Notes: a model not told the origin generated them from the sequence alone. Positions 1 through 10,354 are shown, counted from the first letter of the stretch. The stretch is DNA of 64,000 bases from Verrucomicrobiota bacterium (GCA_041179105.1 JBEGUC010000003.1:1732-65731), one strand, 5' to 3'. A program made the numbers and translations.

Positions 1-30
1 ACTGTCCTGCCCGGAAAGAAACCCGGGATT

Positions 31-789
31 TCATGGTGGCAGCAATCGCACCTCGTCGGCTTGGATGAGGCGCTCGAGGCCGTGTTCACTGCGGAGCAGG
101 AGTTCGCCGCCCGCCGCGATGCCCTCGACGATTCCGATTCTCGGTCCGCTGGCGGTGGTGAGGCTCACCCGTTTTCCTGTCAAAACGCAGCGCAGTCGCA
201 CTGCGGGGAGCAATTCCTCGAATTCCTCGCTGATCTGGCGGCGGCGGAGGGCGAATTTTCGGATGATCGCGCCTAAGACATCGGCGCGGGAAAAGGCCTG
301 CGAGGTTTCGAGCCGGAGCGAGGTCGCGATGTCTGCAACTTCGGGTGGAAAGCAGGTGGTGTTCACGTTCAGGCCGATGCCGACGACCGCGAAATCAGAT
401 CCGGCTTCGACAAGGATTCCGGCGGCTTTCCGGTCTCCGATCCAGACGTCGTTGGGCCATTTGATACCGGCTTGCGGGCCGAAGGTTTCTACGGCCTCTG
501 CCACAGCGAGTCCTGCGGCGAGCGCGAGCCTCGGCCACAGGGATTTAGGCTCCTCTGGGCGGATGAGAATTGAAAAGGCGAGTGATTCCCCGGTGGGTGA
601 AAACCAGGTGGCTCCACGCCTTCCTCGGCCGGCGCTCTGGCTCTCGGCAAGGACGATAAGCCCGTCCGCGGCTCCCGCTTGGGCGAGTGAGCGGATTTCG
701 TCATTGGTGGATTCCACCGATTCGCGGACGAGTAGGCGGAACGGCTCGGGGAACTCCGCGGCGGCTGTGTGAAAATCTTCGGAAGTCAT
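31..789 (-). CDS. birA: Biotin--[acetyl-CoA-carboxylase] ligase (group I, no HTH)
   Basis: STN, QSAGRGRRG and KWPND motifs, GILVE, GIGLNVN; no N-terminal DNA-binding domain. Confidence 0.95.
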   Translation of the reverse strand: MTSEDFHTAAAEFPEPFRLLVRESVESTNDEIRSLAQAGAADGLIVLAESQSAGRGRRGATWFSPTGESLAFSILIRPEEPKSLWPRLALAAGLAVAEAVETFGPQAGIKWPNDVWIGDRKAAGILVEAGSDFAVVGIGLNVNTTCFPPEVADIATSLRLETSQAFSRADVLGAIIRKFALRRRQISEEFEELLPAVRLRCVLTGKRVSLTTASGPRIGIVEGIAAGGELLLRSEHGLERLIQADEVRLLPP

Positions 790-792
790 CGG

Positions 793-1641
793 CTAGAGGG
801 ATTCAAAGTCCAAGCCGACATCGAGCGCTGGTGCTGAGTGGGTAAGAGCACCTACGGAAATGAAATCTACTCCAGTATCGGCGATTTCACGCAGCGTTTC
901 CAGAGTGACGCCGCCGCTGGCTTCGAGCTGGGGCTTGCTCCGCTCGCCGCGCATTTCCACGGCTGTGCGCAGTTCCTCCAGACTCATGTTATCTAGGAGG
1001 ATGAAATCCACGCCATCCAGCGCGAGGAAGGCTCGCGCTTGCTCAAGATTGTCCGCTTCCAGCTCGACATCGACTCCAGGCTGATCTGATTCGAGTTGGT
1101 AGATCGCTGCTTGGATCGCATCGGTCCCGCCCTCGGCCGCGAGGTGGTTGTCCTTCACCATCGCTCGATCATAGAGACCGAGCCGGTGATTGGTGCCGCC
1201 GCCATCGAGCACGGCTTGTTTTTCAAGTAAGCGGTAGCTGGGCGTGGTTTTCCGTGTGTCGAGAATCTGAGCACGGGTGCCCTTCACCTGCTCCACGTAG
1301 CGGGCAGTCAGTGTGGCCACGCCGCTCAGGTGTTGGAGGAAATTCAAAGCCGTCCGTTCGGCGGTTAAAATGGACCGCGCGGAGCCTTCCACGCGGATCA
1401 GCAGTGCTCCGGCGGCCACTCGGCTGCCGTCGGATATCAGGATTTCAACGACTAAGGTGGGATCAACCTTGCTGAAAACTCGCGCCGCCAGCTCGACTCC
1501 GGACACCACGCCGTCCTTGCGCACCGCCACGAATGCGCAGGCCCGCCGCTCTTCTGGGATGAAATAACGAGAAGTGACATCGCCGCTGCCGAGGTCTTCG
1601 GCGAGCGCGAGGTCGATGAGAATGGCGGAATGGTCGTTCAT
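793..1641 (-). CDS. nadC: Nicotinate-nucleotide diphosphorylase (quinolinate phosphoribosyltransferase)
   Basis: ED..GDVTS, ERTALNFLQHLSG, DTRKTTP, NHRLGLYD, KDNH, LLDNM, EASGG motifs. Confidence 0.97.
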   Translation of the reverse strand: MNDHSAILIDLALAEDLGSGDVTSRYFIPEERRACAFVAVRKDGVVSGVELAARVFSKVDPTLVVEILISDGSRVAAGALLIRVEGSARSILTAERTALNFLQHLSGVATLTARYVEQVKGTRAQILDTRKTTPSYRLLEKQAVLDGGGTNHRLGLYDRAMVKDNHLAAEGGTDAIQAAIYQLESDQPGVDVELEADNLEQARAFLALDGVDFILLDNMSLEELRTAVEMRGERSKPQLEASGGVTLETLREIADTGVDFISVGALTHSAPALDVGLDFESL

Positions 1642-1672
1642 TACAGCGGCATTAAATGACAGCGCGGCCGGA

Positions 1673-2626
1673 TCATGGCAACAAGGCTTTCAGCCCGATC
1701 CACGCGCTCCCCCAAGTGATGATCCACGGCAGCGTGAGAAGGCTGAGCACAGTCGTCGCGATCACGATTTGCACCGCCACCGCAGGCCGCCCGCCATACA
1801 TCCGGGCGAGGAGAATCGACGACATCCCTGCCGGCATCGCCGCTTGCACCACCAGCACCTGCCGCAGCTCCATCGGCAGCGGGAGAAATTTCGCAGCTGC
1901 CAGAATCGCCATCGGTGCCAAAATCAGCCGCACCAGCGCGCCACCCACGAGCACCCGCCAACTCGGTTTTTCCGTGCCGGCTAGATCCATCATCGAGCAA
2001 CCCGTGATCAGAATCGCGAGCGGAAACGCCCCCACACCGATCATCGAAATGACTTTCCTTCCCGGCCCCGTCACCTGGTCGTCCAGCCCGAGCGCGACCA
2101 AAGTCAAGCCGATCACCACCGCAATGATCGGGCCGTTCATCAGCCGCCGCCACGGAATTCCGGGCTCGCCGCTCATCAGCATAATACCCACCGACCAAAT
2201 CGCGATTTCCACGCCGATGTTGTGCACAAAAAGCAAAGCCAACGCGCCCGTGCCCCATAAAATTTCAAGCACCGGAGCCGCCGTGAATCCGAAATTCTGG
2301 CACCCCGCGCTCAAGGCAAACGTCCGCATTCCTGTCCCGCGCTCCAACCCGATCAAGCGCCCCACCGCGAGGCCAATCCCGATTCCCACCATGATCAGCC
2401 CGAACCCCAGCGTGATCGCCCACAGCACGACTGAGCCGCTCTGCAGCACCGCGCTTCCCAAGATTTTATCCAAGATGAAACATGGCAGCATCACCGTGTA
2501 AACCAAGCGCATCACCCCGGCATCATGCTCCGTGCGGAGCACACCCGTCCGGCGTAAAACCGCTCCTGCGACGATCAATAAATACACCGGCAGGACCGAT
2601 GCGATAACGGCACCGGGCGAAATCAC
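1673..2626 (-). CDS. AEC (auxin efflux carrier) family transporter
   Basis: About 10 hydrophobic segments; LP..I, NFGF, P.I.A, QAAMP motifs; GTG start at 2626 chosen because the track's longer N-terminus overlaps guaB. Confidence 0.85.
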   Translation of the reverse strand: MISPGAVIASVLPVYLLIVAGAVLRRTGVLRTEHDAGVMRLVYTVMLPCFILDKILGSAVLQSGSVVLWAITLGFGLIMVGIGIGLAVGRLIGLERGTGMRTFALSAGCQNFGFTAAPVLEILWGTGALALLFVHNIGVEIAIWSVGIMLMSGEPGIPWRRLMNGPIIAVVIGLTLVALGLDDQVTGPGRKVISMIGVGAFPLAILITGCSMMDLAGTEKPSWRVLVGGALVRLILAPMAILAAAKFLPLPMELRQVLVVQAAMPAGMSSILLARMYGGRPAVAVQIVIATTVLSLLTLPWIITWGSAWIGLKALLP

Positions 2627-2726
2627 ACTGCCAAACTCCCGCCCCCGCCGCGCCCGTGCAAGCCCATAATTTCGCGCTTTTTGGATTCGGACTTGCGCCC
2701 GGAAAAGCGCTTCTATTGACTCCGCC

Positions 2727-4181
2727 ATGGCAGAGATTTCTCTCGGACTTTCATTTGACGACGTGCTTCTGGTGCCCGCTTTAAGCGCGGTTTTACCTGG
2801 TGAGGCAGACCTTTCCACCCACGTCACGGCAGGGATTCCTTTATTTCTTCCGGTCGTCTCGGCGGCGATGGACACGGTTTCTGAACACGATTTAGCGATT
2901 GCCCTAGCCCGGGAAGGCGGCATGGGCGTCATTCACCGCGCCTGCCCGATCGACGAGCAGGCGGCGATGGTTTACCGGGTGAAGCGTTCAGAAAACGCTG
3001 TCATCCAAAAGCCCCACACCGTCCGCAAGGAGGACACCGTGGACCACGTCCGCGCCATAATGGCTAAAAATGGCTTCTCCGGATTTCCCGTGATCGATGC
3101 CGACGGTCACCTCGAAGGCATGGTCACCGGTCGCGATGTCCGCTACCTTGACCGCCTCGACGCGGTCGTCGCTGATGTGATGACTCCGCGCGAGAAACTC
3201 ATCACCGCGCCCGGCAACACGAGCCTCGAAGAAGCCCGCCGCATTCTCTATCAAAACCGGATTGAAAAACTCCCGCTCATTGATGCCAATGGCCGTCTAG
3301 TGGGACTCATCACTGGCTCCGACATCGAAAAACGGATCACCTTCACCAACGCCGCCAAGGACGCAAATGGCCAGCTCCGCTGCGGTGCTGCCGTGGGCGT
3401 CGGGCCGGATTGCATCGATCGCGGCCGGGTGTTGATCGACGCCGGCGCAGACGCGCTTTTCATCGATGCCGCCACTGGCCACACCCGCCACGTCATGGAA
3501 GTGATCGGAAAACTCCGTGCGCTATCAAACATACCAGTCGTCGCCGGTAACGTCGTCACCGAGCAAGGCGCGCGCGATTTAGTGGCCGCCGGAGCCAGCG
3601 CCGTGAAAGTCGGCGTCGGACCGGGGTCCATCTGCACCACTCGCGTCATTTCTGGAGTCGGCATGCCACAGTTCACCGCTATTCAAAATGTCGCCGGCGT
3701 CTGCCGCGAACATGGCGTGAAGGTCATCGCCGACGGCGGGATCCGCTACTCAGGTGACATCGTCAAAGCCCTCGCCGCCGGTGCGGATCTCGTCATGCTC
3801 GGCTCGCTCTTGGCTGGCACACGCGAAAGCCCCGGCCAGACGGTGCAATCCCAAGGCCGCCGCTTCAAAACCTACCGCGGCATGGGTTCTATCGGCGCCA
3901 TGCAAAAAGGCGCAGGCGATCGCTACGGCCAGAATAGCTCCGGCAAACTCGTCGCCGAGGGCGTCGAAGGCCGAGTCCCTTACAAAGGCCCGCTCTCCGA
4001 CGTGATTTTCCAACTCATGGGCGGCCTCAAATCCGGCATGGGTTACATCGGAGCCTCCACAATCACAGAGCTTCGCGAGCGTGCCAACTTCGTCCGAGTC
4101 ACCGCCGGCGGCCTCCGCGAAAGCCACGTCCATGACATCGTCATGACCGAGGAACCCACGAACTATCAACCGCTGAGTTGA
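2727..4181 (+). CDS. guaB: IMP dehydrogenase
   Basis: [20 protein letters not shown] pair, catalytic [21 protein letters not shown]. Confidence 0.98.
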   Translation: MAEISLGLSFDDVLLVPALSAVLPGEADLSTHVTAGIPLFLPVVSAAMDTVSEHDLAIALAREGGMGVIHRACPIDEQAAMVYRVKRSENAVIQKPHTVRKEDTVDHVRAIMAKNGFSGFPVIDADGHLEGMVTGRDVRYLDRLDAVVADVMTPREKLITAPGNTSLEEARRILYQNRIEKLPLIDANGRLVGLITGSDIEKRITFTNAAKDANGQLRCGAAVGVGPDCIDRGRVLIDAGADALFIDAATGHTRHVMEVIGKLRALSNIPVVAGNVVTEQGARDLVAAGASAVKVGVGPGSICTTRVISGVGMPQFTAIQNVAGVCREHGVKVIADGGIRYSGDIVKALAAGADLVMLGSLLAGTRESPGQTVQSQGRRFKTYRGMGSIGAMQKGAGDRYGQNSSGKLVAEGVEGRVPYKGPLSDVIFQLMGGLKSGMGYIGASTITELRERANFVRVTAGGLRESHVHDIVMTEEPTNYQPLS

Positions 4182-4184
4182 TTG

Positions 4185-4269
4185 AAGTTAAAGGTTATTG
4201 GTTAAAAATTATTAGGAGCCTCTCTTCTGATTTTTCCCCCAATAACAAATAACTCATAACAAATAACTT
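4185..4269. repeat. Imperfect inverted repeat built of 7-nt periodic units (GTTA.../...TAAC)
   Basis: Left arm aagtta-aaggtta-ttggtta-aaaatta-ttagg (4185-4216); right arm cccaataacaaataactcataacaaataactt (4238-4269); the GTTA/TAAC cores pair in register; fills the guaB-guaA gap. Confidence 0.75.
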
Positions 4270-4274
4270 TTCCC

Positions 4275-5798
4275 ATGCACGATTCCAACCACGTCGCCGT
4301 CCTCGATTTCGGCTCGCAATACACTCAGCTCATCGTCCGCCGTGTGCGCGAGCTCGGCTATTTCGCCAAGCTCTACGCCATCGAAGATTTTCCTGAAATC
4401 GGCAAACCCGGCGCGATCATTCTCTCTGGTGGTCCGAAAAGCACCAGCGAGGCAGATGCGCCTGATTTGGATTTTGAGGCGCTTAAAGCATTCAACGTCC
4501 CCGTGCTCGGCGTCTGCTACGGCATGCAGCTTCTCAATATCAAATTCGGCGGCAGCGTAGAGGCCAGCGACCGTCGCGAATACGGCCCGGCGAATTTGTT
4601 CCCTGCAGAAAGCGCCGGACTCTACGAAGGGATTTCCGCTTGCTCGCAAGTCTGGATGAGCCACTCAGACACGGTGAAAATCCTGCCGGAAGGCGCCAAG
4701 GTCATCGCTTCCAATCAGCACGGCACGCCGGTTTCGCTTCAGTGGGACGAGCTTTTTTTCGGCATTCAATACCACCCGGAAGTCACGCACAGCCACGAAG
4801 GCTTGCAGATCCTGAAAAATTTCCTCGATCACGCCAGCGACCTGCTGCCTTTCCACATCGACGATTTCAAACGCGAAATGATCGACAACATCCGCGAGAC
4901 CGTAGGCGCCCGGCAAGTCGTCTGCGGAGTTTCTGGCGGCGTGGACAGCACAGTTCTAGCGGTTTTACTCCAGCACGCTGGAGTGAAGGTGCGGGCGATT
5001 TTTGTAGATAACGGCCTCCTCCGTAAAGACGAGGCGGCAGTGGTGCAGGCGAACTTCAAGCGCATCGGCGTGGCCATCGAAACCGTGGATGCTTCCGAGA
5101 AATTTCTCACCGCGCTTGCTGGCGAGGGCGATCCTGAAAAAAAGCGCAAAATCATCGGCAACATGTTCATCGAAGTCTTCTGGGACACCGTGGGCGATGC
5201 CGAAATGCTCGCGCAAGGCACTCTCTATCCGGACGTGATCGAAAGCGCGTCAAACGCGAAATCCAAAGCTTCCGTCATCAAAACCCATCACAATCGGGTT
5301 CCAAAAATCCTCGAACTCCAAGCTCAGGGGAAAGTGCTCGAACCACTCGCCGAGCTCTTCAAGGACGAAGTCCGCGAGCTCGGAACGGCCCTCGGGATTC
5401 CCGAAGACATTCTCCAACGCCACCCGTTTCCCGGCCCCGGCCTCTCAGTCCGCTGCCCCGGAATCGTGGACAAAGAGCGGCTCGACATCATCCGCGAGTG
5501 CGATGCGATCTTCATCGGCAAGCTCAAGGAACACGGCTGGTATGACAAAGTCTGGCAGGCCTATGCAGGCCTCATTCCGGTGAAAACCGTGGGAGTCAAA
5601 GGCGACGAACGCAGCTACGAATGGGCCACAAACCTTCGTGCCGTCGTCTCCGAAGATGCCATGACCGCAGATTGGGTGGAGTTGCCATCCATCATCCTCC
5701 GTGAGACAAGCCACAAAATTCTCAACGAAGTCAAAGGCATCAACCGCGTGCTCTACGATATTTCCACCAAGCCGCCAGCCAGCATCGAGTGGGAATAA
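4275..5798 (+). CDS. guaA: GMP synthase (glutamine-hydrolysing)
   Basis: LDFGSQY, GVCYGMQ, HPEV triad, SGGVDS, QGTLYPDVIES, IKTHHN, HPFPGPGL, KPPASIEWE. Confidence 0.98.
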   Translation: MHDSNHVAVLDFGSQYTQLIVRRVRELGYFAKLYAIEDFPEIGKPGAIILSGGPKSTSEADAPDLDFEALKAFNVPVLGVCYGMQLLNIKFGGSVEASDRREYGPANLFPAESAGLYEGISACSQVWMSHSDTVKILPEGAKVIASNQHGTPVSLQWDELFFGIQYHPEVTHSHEGLQILKNFLDHASDLLPFHIDDFKREMIDNIRETVGARQVVCGVSGGVDSTVLAVLLQHAGVKVRAIFVDNGLLRKDEAAVVQANFKRIGVAIETVDASEKFLTALAGEGDPEKKRKIIGNMFIEVFWDTVGDAEMLAQGTLYPDVIESASNAKSKASVIKTHHNRVPKILELQAQGKVLEPLAELFKDEVRELGTALGIPEDILQRHPFPGPGLSVRCPGIVDKERLDIIRECDAIFIGKLKEHGWYDKVWQAYAGLIPVKTVGVKGDERSYEWATNLRAVVSEDAMTADWVELPSIILRETSHKILNEVKGINRVLYDISTKPPASIEWE

Positions 5799-5890
5799 GG
5801 AAAATTCCCTCACAAGTCTGACCCGCTGCGAAGCGTCGCCACAATCCCGCCTTGAAATGCGGGAAACGCCGTGCATCCTGCCGCCCGCCC

Positions 5891-7186
5891 ATGGCAGGAC
5901 CTACTTTCCAAGCACTTCCCGGATTCCGCGACTTCACTCCCCGTGAATGCGCGGTTCGCAATTATTTGTTCGAGACTTGGCGCGGCGTGGCCCGCCGTTG
6001 CGGCTATGTCGAATACGAAACGCCCATCTTGGAGGACACCGGACTCTATTTGAAAAAGTCAGGCGGTGAGCTTTCGTCACAGCTTTTCCGTTTCGAGGAC
6101 CAAGGCGGCCGCGATGTCACGCTCCGCCCGGAAGTGACCGCCTCACTCGCCCGGATCGTCGCCCAGCATCAACGAGATTTCCCGAAACCGCTCAAGTGGT
6201 TCGAGATCGGTCAATGTTTCCGCTACGAAAAACCGCAGAAGGGCAGGGGACGCGAGTTCCATCAATTCAACGTCGATATCCTCGGCGAAGGCGGCCCGGC
6301 TGCTGACGCGGAACTCATTTCTCTCGCCATCGAGACGATGCTCTCCTTCGGCTTCCTCGCTGGCGACTTCATTGTCCGCGTCTCGGATCGCAAAGCCTGG
6401 ATCGATTTTGCTGCCGCCAATGAAATCACCGAAGACCGCATCCCGGATTTCCTCGGTATTATCGACAAGATCGAGCGCGAGAAACCCGAAGTGCTCGAAC
6501 AAAAACTCGCCGCTTTTTCCCTCACACCCGATGTCGTCCGCGCCTTCATCGCGGATCCTGCCAACGCTTCCGCCGCTTACCTTGCGATCCGTCAAGATTT
6601 GAGCGCCCGTGGATTCGCGAATTTCGTCGAGCTGGACCTCTCCATCGTCCGCGGCCTCGCTTATTATACCGGCGTGGTTTTCGAGGTCTTCGATGCGAAA
6701 AAATCCATGCGCGCCGTCGCCGGTGGCGGTCGCTACGACACCTTGATTTCCACCATATCCGACGGAGCCGTGGACATGCCCGCGACCGGCTTTGCCATGG
6801 GCGACTACGTCATCCGCAACCTCATCGAGGAAACGACGCACACCGCCATGCAGATGGAAGTCTGGCTCCAGCGCAACGCCGCCGCCTGCGACATCTACGT
6901 CGTCGTCGCGGATGAAACGAAGCGTGCCGAATCACTTAAACTCGTCACCAGCCTCCGGCGTGCGGGCATCTCCGCAGACCTTCCTATGGGCTGCCCCAAG
7001 GTCGCCAAACAATTCCAAAGCGCCGAGAAATCTGGCGCTCGCTTCGCCCTCGTCGTCGGAACCGAATATCCCGCGCTCAAGCTCAAGATTCTCGCCAGCC
7101 GCACCGAAGAATCCGGCCACGTCGAAACCGCCATCGACTGGCTCACCGACCGCCTCCTCCAGCCCGACGGGCCGTTGCTGGCATAG
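5891..7186 (+). CDS. hisS: Histidine--tRNA ligase
   Basis: GFRDF, LRPEVT, FRYEKPQKGR.REF.Q, RGLAYYTG, GGGRYD, C-terminal anticodon domain; ATG at 5891 chosen. Confidence 0.96.
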   Translation: MAGPTFQALPGFRDFTPRECAVRNYLFETWRGVARRCGYVEYETPILEDTGLYLKKSGGELSSQLFRFEDQGGRDVTLRPEVTASLARIVAQHQRDFPKPLKWFEIGQCFRYEKPQKGRGREFHQFNVDILGEGGPAADAELISLAIETMLSFGFLAGDFIVRVSDRKAWIDFAAANEITEDRIPDFLGIIDKIEREKPEVLEQKLAAFSLTPDVVRAFIADPANASAAYLAIRQDLSARGFANFVELDLSIVRGLAYYTGVVFEVFDAKKSMRAVAGGGRYDTLISTISDGAVDMPATGFAMGDYVIRNLIEETTHTAMQMEVWLQRNAAACDIYVVVADETKRAESLKLVTSLRRAGISADLPMGCPKVAKQFQSAEKSGARFALVVGTEYPALKLKILASRTEESGHVETAIDWLTDRLLQPDGPLLA

Positions 7187-7199
7187 AGAGGGAAGAGAA

Positions 7200-7228
7200 A
7201 TTTAACCGCAGATGAACGCAGATGGACG
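7200..7228 (+). repeat. Left arm of perfect 29-bp inverted repeat flanking the GxxExxY gene (10-nt period, CGCAGAT core)
   Basis: atttaaccgcagatgaacgcagatggacg is the exact reverse complement of 7646-7674; CGCAGAT at 7207, 7217 and 7227. Confidence 0.95.
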
Positions 7229-7629
7229 CAGATTTTTCATTTAAGAAAGAGACCGACGCCATTATTGGCTCTGCGTTTGATGTGCTGAATGAAATCGGTC
7301 ACGGTTTTCATGAGAAGCCTTATGAGAATTCTTTGGTGGTAGAGTTCGGGCACAAGAATATCCCGTTTCTCCAGCAGCCCCGCTATCCGCTCATTTACCG
7401 TGGAGTCCAGGTTTCAGAATATGTTCCTGATTTGATCGCCTTCGGACTTGTGATCGTGGATACCAAAGTCATCGAGCGCATCACCGACCATGAGATTGGG
7501 CAAATGCTCAATTACTTGAGAATCACAGGACTTCCCGTCGGCCTGATCCTCAATTTCAAAAACTCCAAACTCGAGTTTCGTCGTGTCATCGCGACCACCC
7601 AGAATTTCATCCGCCGCAAAGCCCCTTAA
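7222..7629 (+). CDS. GxxExxY protein (PD-(D/E)XK nuclease-like)
   Basis: 135 aa; GFHEKPY = GxxExxY; PDL....VDTK catalytic-type motif; QMLNYL, GLILNF; more AT-rich than its neighbours. Confidence 0.93.
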   Translation: MDADFSFKKETDAIIGSAFDVLNEIGHGFHEKPYENSLVVEFGHKNIPFLQQPRYPLIYRGVQVSEYVPDLIAFGLVIVDTKVIERITDHEIGQMLNYLRITGLPVGLILNFKNSKLEFRRVIATTQNFIRRKAP

Positions 7630-7645
7630 ATCTTCCTCTTATTAA

Positions 7646-7674
7646 CGTCCATCTGCGTTCATCTGCGGTTAAAT
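7646..7674 (-). repeat. Right arm of perfect 29-bp inverted repeat flanking the GxxExxY gene
   Basis: cgtccatctgcgttcatctgcggttaaat. Confidence 0.95.
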
Positions 7675-7696
7675 AAATCTTCAATTTCTCTCCATC

Positions 7697-9496
7697 ATGC
7701 GCACTCATCATTGCAACGAACTCCGCGACTCTCACATCGATCAATCCGTCACGCTCATCGGCTGGGTGAACTCCGCCCGCGATCACGGCGGCGTCATTTT
7801 CATCGACTTGCGTGACCGCGAAGGGCTGACCCAGTGCGTCTTCCATCCGGAGGAAAACCCCGAGGTTTCGGCTCTATCGCACACCCTGCGCGAGGAAGAT
7901 GTCGTGCAAGTCACAGGCCGGGTTTCCAAGCGTCTTGAAGGTTCGGGAAATGCCAAGATCAGCACCGGCGCGATCGAAATCGTCGCCACCGGACTCACCA
8001 TCGTCAACAAGGCCGACGTATTGCCGTTCCAACTCGACAAGGATCTATCCAACGAAGATCTGCGGATGAAATACCGCTATCTCGACCTGCGCCGCCCGCG
8101 TATGAACAAGAACATCCGCCAGCGCAGCGTGATCACCTCCGCCGCCCGCCGCTATCTCGATGACTCCGGTTTCTATGAAATCGAAACGCCGATTCTATCG
8201 AATCCAACACCGGAAGGCGCCCGCGATTTCCTCGTGCCATCGCGGCTCAATCCCGGCCGTTTCTACGCCCTGCCGCAAGCCCCGCAGCAATACAAACAAC
8301 TGCTGATGGTCGCCGGTATGGAAAAGTATTTCCAGATCGCCCGCTGTTTCCGCGATGAGGATCTGCGCGCCGACCGCCAACCGGAGTTCACCCAGATCGA
8401 CATCGAAGCCAGCTTCGTCAATCAAGACGACATCATCGGGCTGGTCGAAGGGCTGCTAGGCTCGATGTTCAAGGCCGGCCTCGGCATCGAAGTCCCGGCT
8501 AATTTCCCGCGCATGACCTATGCGGATGCGATGGACATCTACGGCTCGGACAAGCCGGACACCCGCTTCGGCATGGAAATCACCGACCTTGGCGACGTCT
8601 TCGCGGCCACTGAGTTTAAGATTTTCCGCAGTATTCTTGATGGCGGTGGCGTGGTTCGCGCCATCAATGCCAAAGGCTTCGCCACCATCACCACCGGCCA
8701 GATGAACCGCCTCAACGAGATTGCCGTGCAAGCCGGCCTTCCCGTGAAAAACCTCGCCTTCATCAAACTCGAAAACGGCGAATACAAGAGCCCGCTCTGG
8801 AAAATCTTCACCGAAACTGAGAAGGCGGCCGTCCTGGTTAAACTCGATCTGGCAGAAGGCGATATCGTCTTCTTCGCGGCTGGCTCGCGTGACAGCGTCA
8901 GCACCATCCTCGGTCGCGTGCGTTCGGAATGCGCCGTGATGATGGATCTCAATAACGATCCTACGAAGTTCAACTTCCTCTGGGTTGTTGATTTCCCACT
9001 GCTTGCCCACGACGAGGAAACTGGCCACTGGGCCGCCGTCCACCATCCTTTCACCCGGCCACATCCGGATGACATCGCGCTGCTGGAAGCCGGCGATTAC
9101 GCCAATGTCCGCGCCGTCGCCTATGACGTCGTGCTCAACGGTTACGAACTCGGCGGTGGCTCGATCCGGATTCACGAAAAGGACCTCCAAGCGAAAATGT
9201 TCAGCGTGCTCGGCGTCGGCCCGGAAGAGCAGCAAATCAAGTTCGGCCATCTTCTCGACGCCTTCCGCTTCGGTGCCCCACCGCATGGTGGACTGGCTCT
9301 CGGTCTCGACCGCATCGCCATGTTAGTTGCTGGCGAGGAGAGCATCCGCGAGGTCATCGCCTTCCCGAAAAACAACAAGGGTGCCGACCTCATGGCCCAG
9401 AGTCCGTGCCAAATCGAGCACAAGCTGCTGCGTGAAGTTTACGTCCAGTCCACCTACAAGGATCCAAAACTCAGCGCGGAAAAGGCGATTTTATAA
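7697..9496 (+). CDS. aspS: Aspartate--tRNA ligase (probably non-discriminating Asp/Asn type)
   Basis: MRTH.C.EL, FIDLRD, TPEGARDFLVP, FRDEDLRADRQPEFTQ, GAD insert, HHPFT, GGGSIRIH, GAPPHGG. Confidence 0.98.
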   Translation: MRTHHCNELRDSHIDQSVTLIGWVNSARDHGGVIFIDLRDREGLTQCVFHPEENPEVSALSHTLREEDVVQVTGRVSKRLEGSGNAKISTGAIEIVATGLTIVNKADVLPFQLDKDLSNEDLRMKYRYLDLRRPRMNKNIRQRSVITSAARRYLDDSGFYEIETPILSNPTPEGARDFLVPSRLNPGRFYALPQAPQQYKQLLMVAGMEKYFQIARCFRDEDLRADRQPEFTQIDIEASFVNQDDIIGLVEGLLGSMFKAGLGIEVPANFPRMTYADAMDIYGSDKPDTRFGMEITDLGDVFAATEFKIFRSILDGGGVVRAINAKGFATITTGQMNRLNEIAVQAGLPVKNLAFIKLENGEYKSPLWKIFTETEKAAVLVKLDLAEGDIVFFAAGSRDSVSTILGRVRSECAVMMDLNNDPTKFNFLWVVDFPLLAHDEETGHWAAVHHPFTRPHPDDIALLEAGDYANVRAVAYDVVLNGYELGGGSIRIHEKDLQAKMFSVLGVGPEEQQIKFGHLLDAFRFGAPPHGGLALGLDRIAMLVAGEESIREVIAFPKNNKGADLMAQSPCQIEHKLLREVYVQSTYKDPKLSAEKAIL

Positions 9497-9574
9497 GAGG
9501 GCGTGCGCGGCGGATGTGGATAGGTTACCGCGAGTGAGAGCAGTCCTCTTTCTATATCTCAGCATTTACCCCGA

Positions 9575-10354
9575 GTGTCGCCCGACTCCATCCCACAAAT
9601 CAGCCTCGGCAGCGCCGCGCTCGTCATCTTCGCGGTGTGCGCCGGCTTCGTGCTGTTGCGCGGGATGACCCGGATGATCGTCGGCACCGTCGTCCTCAGC
9701 CTCAGCGCATGGATCGGCTTCCGCGTCTGGCAGCAGGCGCCCACGCTTTCCATCGAGTGGACCGGGCAATCAATCGCCTGGATCACGACCGGCCTGCCCG
9801 TCGCCTCCTTCCTCGCCGCTTTTTTCCTCATTCGGAAGATCATCCGCCCCTTCGGGAAATCCCCCACTGAGGAAAAACCGCGCTCCATCATCAAGTTGGC
9901 GTTTCTCCTCCTGCTCGCCCTCATCCCCACCTCGCTCCTCTGCATCATCGGTGCCACGCTCGTCCATCACAACGGCTCCATCGCCGAGGTCCGCGCCTAC
10001 TCGGAAAAATCCAACGGCACCCACGAGGCGGGATCGGTAGGCTTCAGCCAGAAACTCAAATCCACCATCGAGGCCGCGATCCCCGCCAGCTGGCTCAAAG
10101 CCCTCGATCCACTCGCCTCGCCTTCCCGCCTCGCCCTGGCCAAACTCATCGCCGCTCAAGCCGACTCACCGCTCACCCCCGTCATCAATCCCCAGACGGG
10201 CAAGCCCATCCCGCGCGCCGTCATCGTCAACGACCCGGACCTCCAAAACCTTGCCCGCGATGGAAATTACGGCACACTCCTGCGCCATCCCCTGCTCACC
10301 CAAGCCCTCGCCGATCCCAAACTGAAAAAACTCCTCAAAGATTTCAGCTTCTAA
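9575..10354 (+). CDS. Hypothetical membrane protein (CvpA-like N-terminal TM region plus soluble C-terminus)
   Basis: Four hydrophobic segments followed by a hydrophilic domain; codon style matches the host; family assignment tentative. Confidence 0.6.
   Translation: MSPDSIPQISLGSAALVIFAVCAGFVLLRGMTRMIVGTVVLSLSAWIGFRVWQQAPTLSIEWTGQSIAWITTGLPVASFLAAFFLIRKIIRPFGKSPTEEKPRSIIKLAFLLLLALIPTSLLCIIGATLVHHNGSIAEVRAYSEKSNGTHEAGSVGFSQKLKSTIEAAIPASWLKALDPLASPSRLALAKLIAAQADSPLTPVINPQTGKPIPRAVIVNDPDLQNLARDGNYGTLLRHPLLTQALADPKLKKLLKDFSF

Noticed and set aside
7200-7674. Classical IS or MITE call for the GxxExxY unit
   Set aside because: No DDE, HUH or serine transposase motifs and no target-site duplication; kept as an unclassified candidate element instead
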